In this document: one piece after another, positions 1 through 7,041 of the stretch | How positions within the stretch are numbered: the stretch's first letter is position 1 | Layout: each line of letters begins with the position of its first letter | Source: an uncultured Dehalococcoidia bacterium | GTDB lineage: Bacteria; Chloroflexota; Dehalococcoidia; Lucifugimonadales; UBA1127 | Direction: 5' to 3' | DNA length: 64,000 bases | Assembly (NCBI GenBank): GCA_951812285.1 | Contig: OX638292.1 | Span: 1,183,699-1,247,698 of the forward strand | Made by a program: the position numbers and the translations under genes | The notes under the pieces: model-generated | The model's input: the letters and a program-made list of their open reading frames with translations, nothing else | Database searches by the model: none | What the model was told of the DNA's origin: nothing

Positions 1-540
1 GATGATGGTGTGCTCCAACGCCGGGAGGTTGGGCAGCACCTCGGCGATGCGCTTGCGCAGGTCGGGCTGGGTGATGAGCACCTTTGCGCCGCTGTCCTCC
101 ATCCGGTCGCGGACCGGATCCGGCCCGAAGGCGGAGAAGAGCGGGCCGACGACGGCACCATGCTTGAGGACGCCGAACATCGCGAAGTAGAGCTCGGGCA
201 GGCGCTCCATGAAGATGAAAACCCGCTCGCCGTGCTGCACGCCAAGGCCTTCAAGGACGTTGGCGAACTTGGCGGTCTCGCGCTTCATGTCGCTGAAGGT
301 GTACTGCTCTTCCTCGCCGTTCTTGCCGACCCAGATCATCGCGGTCTTGTCGCCGTTGCCGGCCTCGACGTGGCGGTCTATGCACTCGTGGGCCTGGTTC
401 AGGTAGCCGCCGGGCAACCAGCTGATCTCCTTGTACACGTCGGCCCACTGGAAGCCCTCTTTCGCCGCGTCGAGGTCGGGCAAGTTCGGGGTTACGGCCA
501 TGGTCTCAGCCGGCGGTTTGCCGATGGTCTGGTACTCCAT
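1..540 (-). CDS. acsA: Acetate--CoA ligase / acyl-CoA synthetase, N-terminal part (runs off window start)
   Basis: Manual minus-strand translation from ATG at 540: MEYQTIGKPP...LNQAHECIDRH...YTFSDMKRETAKFANVL..LGVQHGERVFIFM...GPLFSAFGPDPVRDR. AGGAGG RBS upstream. Missed by the ORF track because it has no stop in the window. Confidence 0.85.
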   Translation of the reverse strand, partial: MEYQTIGKPPAETMAVTPNLPDLDAAKEGFQWADVYKEISWLPGGYLNQAHECIDRHVEAGNGDKTAMIWVGKNGEEEQYTFSDMKRETAKFANVLEGLGVQHGERVFIFMERLPELYFAMFGVLKHGAVVGPLFSAFGPDPVRDRMEDSGAKVLITQPDLRKRIAEVLPNLPALEHTII

Positions 541-685
541 GACGCCTCCTTTGCGGTTGCACTTCAAGTGCCGGGGGATAGGTTGGCCTCAGACTACAAA
601 AGGGGTATGGGGGCGTCAAGCGGGGGAGGGGGCACTGTCTTTCACCCTGCCACGCGACGGAAGGGCATGACCAACCCTGCCGCGT

Positions 686-1051
686 CTAACCAGCCCCATT
701 TTCGAGTAGGGAAACCATGCGGTTCACGAACTGGTGCACCACAGGGCGGTCTACAGCGACCTCGTAATCTTCCATTTCGTCGTGGTAGAAGTTCTTGTGG
801 AACTTCTCGGCTGCCGTGAACCCAGCATGCAAGAGGAAGTCCTGGTACTCGGTCGCAAGCCGCTCCACTGCGATCTTGAGTTCCCGGTGCGACCGGCAAG
901 GCCAGTTGCGCTGAACGGCGGCAGCCATGACTGCGTGCGTTGCTGCGCCCCAGAGTTTTTCTGAGGCCTGCAGCTTGTCGCCCTCAAGGAACTCGCGATC
1001 CGAGGCTGTGAGAAATTCCCGCGCCGTTTGGAGGTGGTCTTCGTGTTCCAT
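686..1051 (-). CDS. PaREP1-like (HEPN-fold) protein, stand-alone
   Basis: GDKLQASEKLWGAA...SH...AEKFHKNFYH motifs typical of PaREP1. Start moved to MEHEDH with GAGGGAG upstream. Confidence 0.7.
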   Translation of the reverse strand: MEHEDHLQTAREFLTASDREFLEGDKLQASEKLWGAATHAVMAAAVQRNWPCRSHRELKIAVERLATEYQDFLLHAGFTAAEKFHKNFYHDEMEDYEVAVDRPVVHQFVNRMVSLLENGAG

Positions 1052-1194
1052 GTTGTCGCTCCCTCGAATGGTGTATGAGGCGATTTCCTCCTCACCACCC
1101 GGGGGCTTGGCTCGACGGTCTTCACCTTCTGCCAAGCTTCACATCCCTATCGCCTGCGGGGCCCAGCCCCGTCTGGTCCTGTGATCCTACTATT

Positions 1195-3252
1195 CTACGC
1201 CTTTGGTTGGATGAGCACGCGGACTGTGCCGTCGCCCTCGTCGCGGCGGTTGATGAAGGTGTGGCCTTCCTTTTCCGACCAGAGCATGACGTCGAAGATG
1301 TTCAGGGCGTCGCCGAGGATGGCTTCCACCATGGAGTGGTGGTCGGCCTCCGTCTGCTTGGCGAGGGCGGCGATGACGCCGGCGCAGGACTTGCCGCGGC
1401 CGTCGATGACGACCCAGCCGGCGCCCTGGGTGACGACCGGCGCGTGCCCGTTGCCGTTGCCCTGGGGCACGTACGGGTCCGGGCGAACGTTGATGGCGCC
1501 CGTCTTGCGCAAGTCGACTTGGCGCTTGAACTCGGCGACGGACTCCCATGCGACGGCGCGGCCTCGGTCGCCGCTGGCGCACACCGCGCCGCGTACGCCG
1601 ACGATGTCAGGATTGACGCGGGCCAGCTCGTCGAGGTCGTCCATCTTCAGGTGGCCTGAGAGGGCCGTGCTCATGCCGAGCTTCTTGCCTTCCAGCACGA
1701 TGTCTCGGAGCTCGTCTTCGCTCAGGAAGTCGAAGAGGTTGCGGCCGTCCTTGATGAGCGTGTCGATGAGGAAGCCGTCGCACTCACCGTCCTTTGCGAG
1801 CTGCACCATGAGGTGCGGGTCGAGACCGCCCTCGTAGAGGAGGTTGTCGGCGAAGAGGGAGCCGACGAGCTTAGTGTTGTAGCCCTCCATCGCGCGGCGG
1901 GACTCTCGGAGCACCTCGACAGCGACGTCGTAGTCGGCCTGCATGAAGCCGACCTTTACGGAGGTGGCGTCCATGACGGCGGCGGCGTAGGCGGCCATCG
2001 CAACGGTGCCAGCCTGGTTGGGGACGACGCCGAGGGTCACGCTGACGTGGTTCTCGGGCTGGATCATCGCGCGCACCTGGCGGACGGTGTTCGGGTGTCC
2101 GGAGCCGACGAGCGCCTCCTGCAGGTTCTTCACGTCCACGACGTCGGCTCCGCCACGCTCGGCTTCGAGGGCCTCGGCGACGTCCTGGACGCTGACCATG
2201 AGCAGCATGCCGGTGGCGAAGAAGGGGCTGTTGTTGCCGGTTAGCCATGCGGCCCTCGGCTGTACCGAGACTGCGGGCTGCGGCGGCCTGGGCTTGAGGG
2301 GCTCGAGCTCGGACTTGAGCTGGGCCTTCTCGGAGGCGGTGAGCTGCGGCAGGGGCTGGCGGGTGGGGCCGCCGGCCATGCCCATGAGCTCGCCCCAGTA
2401 CTTGACCATCGCGACTGGGAGCGCGCCGCCGTTCTTGTCCATGGTGCGCGTCCACCAGGTGTCGTTAAGCTCCTTGAGGCGGCGGAGGTGCTTCTCGTAG
2501 AAGGCGTCGTCGTAGTCGCCGACGGACGCCTTCTCGATGAATTGCACGTAGTAGTTACACTCCGGCGTGTCGAAGCGCCAGTCGGAGGTGTTGGCGAACA
2601 TTACCTGCTGCTGGAAGCCGAGGTCCTGCGCGAATGGGTAGATCCACTCGTCCGGCGTGCTGATGACGTAGTCCTTGCCGAGCGAGAGATGGGTCTCGAT
2701 GGAGAGCTGCTGATTGAAGCTGGCTTCCTTGACGCCGACGACCTGCTGCAGCTCGCAAATGCGGCGCAGGCCCTGCGGGCTCATGACGATGCCAAACTGC
2801 GGCGAGTTGTAGAACATGATGCCGAGGTTGGTGTTGTCGCTGAGGGTCTTGACGTAGTCGATGACCTGGTCCTCTGTCTTGGCCTCCATGTATGGGGCTG
2901 CGACGATGAGGAGGTCGAAGCCGGCGTCCTCGGCGTGGCGGGCGAGGTCAAGGGTCTCGCGGGCCGAGGTGTGCGTGACGTGCGCGCCGACGGGCCATCG
3001 GCCGGCGGCTTCCTCCGCGACGATGTCCATGACGCGGACGCGCTCGTCGTGGGTGAGGCTCCAGAACTCGCCCATGCCCCAGGTGCAGCCGGCGCCCCGG
3101 GTGCCGAGGCTGCGCACGTGGCGCACGTTCCGTCGGAGGCCATCCTCGTCGAGGTCACCATCGTCTGTGAAGGGCGTGATCAGCGTGCTCCACTGCCCCT
3201 TCAGCGTTTCCCATGCCCAGTCCTGTGCTTCATGCGCCTTGTAGTGCGCCAT
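1195..3252 (-). CDS. Three-domain fusion: DHDPS/NAL-family class I aldolase + MfnB-like (5-formylfuran-3-yl)methyl phosphate synthase + TusA/SirA-like domain
   Basis: N-part: TPF..DGDLDEDGLR, GEF.SLT.DER, FYNSP, VGVKEAS. Middle: EALEA..GGADVVDVKN, VKVG, LIDT..KDG..LFDF, DIVGVRGAVC. C-part: IDGRGKSC...W....GH. GGAGGGG RBS before ATG 3252. Confidence 0.8.
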   Translation of the reverse strand: MAHYKAHEAQDWAWETLKGQWSTLITPFTDDGDLDEDGLRRNVRHVRSLGTRGAGCTWGMGEFWSLTHDERVRVMDIVAEEAAGRWPVGAHVTHTSARETLDLARHAEDAGFDLLIVAAPYMEAKTEDQVIDYVKTLSDNTNLGIMFYNSPQFGIVMSPQGLRRICELQQVVGVKEASFNQQLSIETHLSLGKDYVISTPDEWIYPFAQDLGFQQQVMFANTSDWRFDTPECNYYVQFIEKASVGDYDDAFYEKHLRRLKELNDTWWTRTMDKNGGALPVAMVKYWGELMGMAGGPTRQPLPQLTASEKAQLKSELEPLKPRPPQPAVSVQPRAAWLTGNNSPFFATGMLLMVSVQDVAEALEAERGGADVVDVKNLQEALVGSGHPNTVRQVRAMIQPENHVSVTLGVVPNQAGTVAMAAYAAAVMDATSVKVGFMQADYDVAVEVLRESRRAMEGYNTKLVGSLFADNLLYEGGLDPHLMVQLAKDGECDGFLIDTLIKDGRNLFDFLSEDELRDIVLEGKKLGMSTALSGHLKMDDLDELARVNPDIVGVRGAVCASGDRGRAVAWESVAEFKRQVDLRKTGAINVRPDPYVPQGNGNGHAPVVTQGAGWVVIDGRGKSCAGVIAALAKQTEADHHSMVEAILGDALNIFDVMLWSEKEGHTFINRRDEGDGTVRVLIQPKA

Positions 3253-3306
3253 TGTCCCCTCCGTCACACGGCTTGCCACGCACGGGAGGTGCGCGGAGCT
3301 AGATTG

Positions 3307-3374
3307 AGTCTAGTTTGGGGCATAAACAGTGTCAATTGCGCGGCTTTGACCCTGACTGTTGTTTCAGCTAGAAT
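3307..3374. promoter_or_regulatory. Divergent sigma70-type promoters
   Basis: Minus strand TTGACA(3335-3330)-17-TAGACT(3312-3307); plus strand TTGACC(3346-3351)-17-TAGAAT(3369-3374). Confidence 0.6.
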
Positions 3375-3407
3375 CCCTGCCCCCCAGATGGCAAAAGGAG
3401 GACTCCA

Positions 3408-3794
3408 ATGGACAAGTCATATCACAACTACCCGGACATTGCGCCGACGATTGGCAACTACTCGCGGGCGGCGCGGGCGGGCGACCTGTTCTTCTTCGCG
3501 GGGACGACGGCGGGCGGGAGCGAGGCTGAGCACGGCGACCTGCCGGCGCAGGTGCGGGTGACGCTCGACCGGATCCGGCGCATTCTCGAAAGCGAGGGGC
3601 AGTCGCTGGGCGACGTTGTGCGGCTGGTGACGTATGTGACGAGCATCGCGGAGTGGCGGTCGCACGGGGCGGAGCTCGGCGGGATCTTCGAGGAGTTCTT
3701 CCAGGGGAACTATCCGCCGAACACGCTCATAGGCATCGCGGAGCTGGCGGAGCCGACGATGAAGGTGGAGATTGAGGCTACTGCGGTGTTTTAG
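3408..3794 (+). CDS. RidA/YjgF/UK114 family protein
   Basis: GNYSRA.RAGDLFF.AG, L...G.SLGDVV....Y, YPPNTLIGI..LA....VEIEATA. AGGAGG RBS. The usual catalytic Arg position (P-A-R) reads PPN. Confidence 0.85.
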   Translation: MDKSYHNYPDIAPTIGNYSRAARAGDLFFFAGTTAGGSEAEHGDLPAQVRVTLDRIRRILESEGQSLGDVVRLVTYVTSIAEWRSHGAELGGIFEEFFQGNYPPNTLIGIAELAEPTMKVEIEATAVF

Positions 3795-3846
3795 GCAATT
3801 GTTGCCACTAGCATGTTTCTGCTAGAGCGTCTAGAATTACGACGGG

Positions 3847-4260
3847 ATGACTGCTGTTGGTTCATGGCTACGGCTTCAAGCGTTCCTGGCCCCGCCGGCT
3901 ATCCTGCTAGCGACAGGACTCCTCTGGTGGGCCGGCGGTTACACAGACTCGCTGTCCATGGCGGGACTCGCGCCGCTTGGAGTACTGGCATATGCTACGT
4001 TTGGGGCAGTCATTGAGGGAGGTACCTACATGGTCCTCTGGGCGCTGGAACAACGCCGAAAGTGGCAAGCAGAACGAGAGCAGCGGGAGCAGCAGCTTCG
4101 CGAGGAACGGGAGCAGCGGGAGCAAAAGCTGCGCGAGGAAGGCCGGGTGAGAGGCCGCGAGGAGTTGGCGGCTCTATTGCTTCGTGAGGCCCGCGAGGGG
4201 GAGTCTGTCAGGCAGACGCTGGAACGAATCGACAACCGCCACACTGAACGGAAGGAATAG
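3847..4260 (+). CDS. Small membrane protein (about 2 TM) with E/R-rich coiled-coil tail
   Basis: Hydrophobic N-half, then MVLWALEQRRKW and EREQREQQLREE repeats. Confidence 0.55.
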   Translation: MTAVGSWLRLQAFLAPPAILLATGLLWWAGGYTDSLSMAGLAPLGVLAYATFGAVIEGGTYMVLWALEQRRKWQAEREQREQQLREEREQREQKLREEGRVRGREELAALLLREAREGESVRQTLERIDNRHTERKE

Positions 4261-4271
4261 CGCCGAGCACT

Positions 4272-4553
4272 ATGGTTCTTTGGGCACTTGAGCAACGCCG
4301 AAAGTGGCGGTTGGAGCGAGAAGAACGGGAGCGCGAGCGCGAAGAGCAACTTCGGAGGGAAAGAGAAGCACGGGAGCAACTGCAACGAGAACTGCAGGAG
4401 CGGTGGCGGGCAGAGGGGCGGAAACAGGGTCACGCCGAGGCCTTGGCGCAGTTCCGGTTGGAGTTGCGGGCGGCCGGCGCAGTGAACGACTCCATATCGG
4501 CATATTTGGAGCGGTTCGAAACCATGTGCAACTGGGAGAAGGCCTCCGGGTGA
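4272..4553 (+). CDS. Soluble coiled-coil paralogue of the C-terminal half of the preceding gene
   Basis: Begins with the identical peptide MVLWALEQRRKW followed by an E/R-rich tract. Confidence 0.5.
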   Translation: MVLWALEQRRKWRLEREEREREREEQLRREREAREQLQRELQERWRAEGRKQGHAEALAQFRLELRAAGAVNDSISAYLERFETMCNWEKASG

Positions 4554-4567
4554 TTCAATGCACCCTT

Positions 4568-4600
4568 GTTCGTGCCCTTCGACAAGCGCAGGGCAAACGG
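4568..4600. repeat. REP-like short palindromic element (CCCTTCGACAAGCTCAGGGCGAACGG-type)
   Basis: gttcgtgcccttcgacaagcgcagggcaaacgg, intergenic, with tgccct/agggca inverted arms. Family recognised from memory. Confidence 0.45.
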
Positions 4601-4643
4601 AGGAAGACGAGGGCGAACGAGGGAGACAGCGAGCGCAGGACGA

Positions 4644-4684
4644 ACGAGAGAGGCCCCGGCCTGTTATGCCGGGGCCTCTCTCGT
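4644..4684. terminator. Stem-loop between convergent genes (probable terminator)
   Basis: acgagagaggccccggc-ctgttat-gccggggcctctctcgt, perfect 17-bp stem. Confidence 0.7.
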
Positions 4685-4706
4685 GTTTCTTAGAGGCAGT
4701 GGCTGG

Positions 4707-6002
4707 CTATGCCTTGGTCGGCACCCACGTCGTCGGGCCGGCCATTCTGGACTTGACGAGCTCGACGGCCTCGAGGGGGGGCATGTCGCCGGGGACGGTG
4801 ACGCGGGCGGTGTGGACGCGGTAGGCCTCGGGGTTGGTGGGCCCCGAGGGTTCGACACCCTCCATAAGTGCGCGGGCGGCGTTGATGAGGCGGCGGCGCA
4901 CCTTAATGATGGACTCGTCAGAGCTTACGAGGCGCTCCTTGCTGCGGTCGGCGCGCGGGCCCCACTGGTCCTCGACGAGGGCGAGGTCCTGGATGGGGAA
5001 GGCCTTGATACCCGTGTAGGAGTAGTTCTTCTGGGCGATGCGGTCGACAAGGTAGTCGTTGTCCTTGTTTTCCTTCGCCATGAAGGAGCCCGGGATCTGC
5101 TCCGGGTATGTGTAGCCGCCGTACTTGTCCTCCATGACCTGCTGCTGCGTGAAGGGGTTGTAGCTCCAGCGGAGCCGGTACATGTAGCAGCTCTCGTCGT
5201 CGATGGGGATGCGCATGTTGCTGGAGTAGACGTCCGGGCCGGCAATGCCGGCGGAGCTGTAGCAGGGCATGTAGAAGTGGCCGATGTTGGCCTGTTGCTG
5301 GCCGTCAGAGGTGCGGGAGACGGCGACGTTCATGACGCCGTAGTCGGTGTCGATGTAGTCGGCGTAGGTGCGGTTGAGGAAGCTGTTGAACACGCCTGCG
5401 CCGAAGCGGCGGCCGGGGTTGCCCTCGTTGTTGTCCAGCGTGCTGTGCAGGAAGAAGGCGTGGGAGGGGTCGTAGTCGCCCTCGAGCGCCTGGAAGTAGT
5501 TGCAGCGGAGGTGGTACTTGCGGACGTAGCGGCGGTCCTCGCCGTACTCCAGCCACTCGAAGCCGGGCTTCGGGGGCTCCTTGTCTGCCGGGCCCATGTA
5601 GGTCCAGACCATGCCGCCGCCCTCGAAGCACGGGTAGGCCTTGACGTTTACCTTGTCCTTGTAGGTCTCACCCTCGGGCGAGTTGGGCAGGTCGACACAC
5701 TTGCCGGAGACGTCGAACTTCCAGCCGTGGTAGACGCAGCGGATGCCGGCTTCCTCGTTTCGGCCGAAGAAGAGCGGCGCGCCACGGTGCGGGCAGTAGG
5801 CGTCGACGAGGCCGGGGTTGCCGTTGGAGTCGCGGAAGGCGATGAGCTTCTCGCTCAGCAGCGTCACGCGGACGGGAGGGCAGTCCGCCGAGGGAATCTC
5901 CTCGGCCAGGAGCGCGGGAATCCAGTGGCGCCGGAACAGGTCGCCCATGGGGGTGCCGGGGCCTGTTTGCGTGAGCATGTCATTTTCTTCGACACTTAGC
6001 AC
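4707..6002 (-). CDS. Rieske non-heme iron oxygenase alpha subunit (phthalate 4,5-dioxygenase/LigXa-like)
   Basis: Rieske motif CPHRGA...RCVYHGW; mononuclear Fe motif EGDYDPSHAFFLH and later QD; GPGTPMGDLFRRHWIP N-terminus. AGGAGG RBS before GTG. Promoter TTGACA(6093-6088)-17-TAGCAT(6070-6065). Confidence 0.9.
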   Translation of the reverse strand: MLSVEENDMLTQTGPGTPMGDLFRRHWIPALLAEEIPSADCPPVRVTLLSEKLIAFRDSNGNPGLVDAYCPHRGAPLFFGRNEEAGIRCVYHGWKFDVSGKCVDLPNSPEGETYKDKVNVKAYPCFEGGGMVWTYMGPADKEPPKPGFEWLEYGEDRRYVRKYHLRCNYFQALEGDYDPSHAFFLHSTLDNNEGNPGRRFGAGVFNSFLNRTYADYIDTDYGVMNVAVSRTSDGQQQANIGHFYMPCYSSAGIAGPDVYSSNMRIPIDDESCYMYRLRWSYNPFTQQQVMEDKYGGYTYPEQIPGSFMAKENKDNDYLVDRIAQKNYSYTGIKAFPIQDLALVEDQWGPRADRSKERLVSSDESIIKVRRRLINAARALMEGVEPSGPTNPEAYRVHTARVTVPGDMPPLEAVELVKSRMAGPTTWVPTKA

Positions 6003-6132
6003 GACGATTCCTCCTTCTGGTCTGTACGGGTCTCGTTCTCGAATTCGGGGTAGAATCTAGGGCGATGCTAGCGCGGGCACATGGGGATGTCAATTTGCGG
6101 CGCGTGCCCGCGCGGCGCGCAAGGAGAAACGA

Positions 6133-6375
6133 ATGACCGAGGAACACAGTGACATCATCACCATGGCCGACATGGCCGCTGTATTTGACGTAACCGACGC
6201 GCTGTCCATCGACCGCGAGAGCATCAGTGTGGAGCTCACGAAGGAGGACCCCGGCGCGGTGCAGCAGGCGGCGAACGGGGAGATTGAGATTACGCTGCCG
6301 CTGACGTCGCCGATTGCGGCGTTCCTTGAGGGCGTGCGGCAGGAGCTCATCGGCATGGGGTATTCGGCGGAGTGA
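6133..6375 (+). CDS. Small acidic hypothetical protein
   Basis: AAGGAG RBS, host-like codon usage, 80 aa. Confidence 0.65.
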   Translation: MTEEHSDIITMADMAAVFDVTDALSIDRESISVELTKEDPGAVQQAANGEIEITLPLTSPIAAFLEGVRQELIGMGYSAE

Positions 6376-6426
6376 GGGGGCGGAAACTAATGCCCAAGGC
6401 ACTACGTTAGCGTCGAGGCGGCACAC
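6376..6426 (-). pseudogene. Remnant of a VapC/PIN toxin N-terminus
   Basis: GTG-CRLDANVV resembles PIN start M-Y-L-L-D-T-N-V-V. It overlaps the antitoxin 3' end and similarity is lost after ~10 codons. Confidence 0.4.
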
Positions 6427-6691
6427 CCGCCCACTCCGAGGTCAAGCGGTTTGGGTGGAGACGCCGCTCCCGTGACGGTGTCAGGTGCTCCGTCCGTGCC
6501 TCCGGAGCAAGGAGGAGTTCCTTCAAGTTCGGCCTCGTCATCCGTTCCAGCTCTTGCCATTGCTCGATGGGAACAAGCACTGCGGTATCCGTTCCTCGTT
6601 TGGTCACGATCTGCGGCCCTTCAGAGAGAGCCGTTTTGAGCAACTCACTGAACCGGACTTTGGAGTCCTCGACCGGCCACTTCCTGCTCAT
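6407..6691 (-). CDS. Phd/YefM-family antitoxin
   Basis: W.VEDSKVRFSELL..A..EGPQIVTKRG.DTAVLVP pattern. Promoter TTGACG(6756-6751)-17-TAGTCT(6733-6728). Confidence 0.85.
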   Translation of the reverse strand: MSRKWPVEDSKVRFSELLKTALSEGPQIVTKRGTDTAVLVPIEQWQELERMTRPNLKELLLAPEARTEHLTPSRERRLHPNRLTSEWAGVPPRR

Positions 6692-6884
6692 GATCTACTC
6701 CGATTCACATTGACCTGACTCGTCACAAGACTAGACAGATTTCATGTCAGCGTCAAAGAGAACCTGCCTATTTCCCCTCCCCGAACACCGGCCCGTCCGG
6801 GTATGGGGCATGCTGCCGCAGGTGTGACAAAGAGCCAACGATATCATCACGGAAGATAGGCGAGGTGGGTCCGCCGCAGCCGCT

Positions 6885-6913
6885 CTGGATTGCGGCCTCC
6901 GCCGGGATGACGA
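6885..6913. repeat. Degenerate REP-like element (TGGATTCCNGCCTTCGCNGGAATGACG type)
   Basis: ctggattgcggcctccgccgggatgacga; related hairpin at 23763-23792. Confidence 0.4.
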
Positions 6914-7041
6914 CGGGGGCCATCCCTTCCAGCATTGGGCGTCAGCGTGTAAGCTAGGGCTGCCCCTCGCGCTTGTGCGGATTGCTATGTGATGCGCCGT
7001 CGCGCGGCGGGCACACCGCCAACTAAGGAGGACCCCGGCAC

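Noticed and set aside
10-819. Plus-strand ORFs at the window start, and the many long antisense ORFs throughout
   Set aside because: Shadow frames of real GC-rich genes on the other strand (here acsA); no motifs or RBS.
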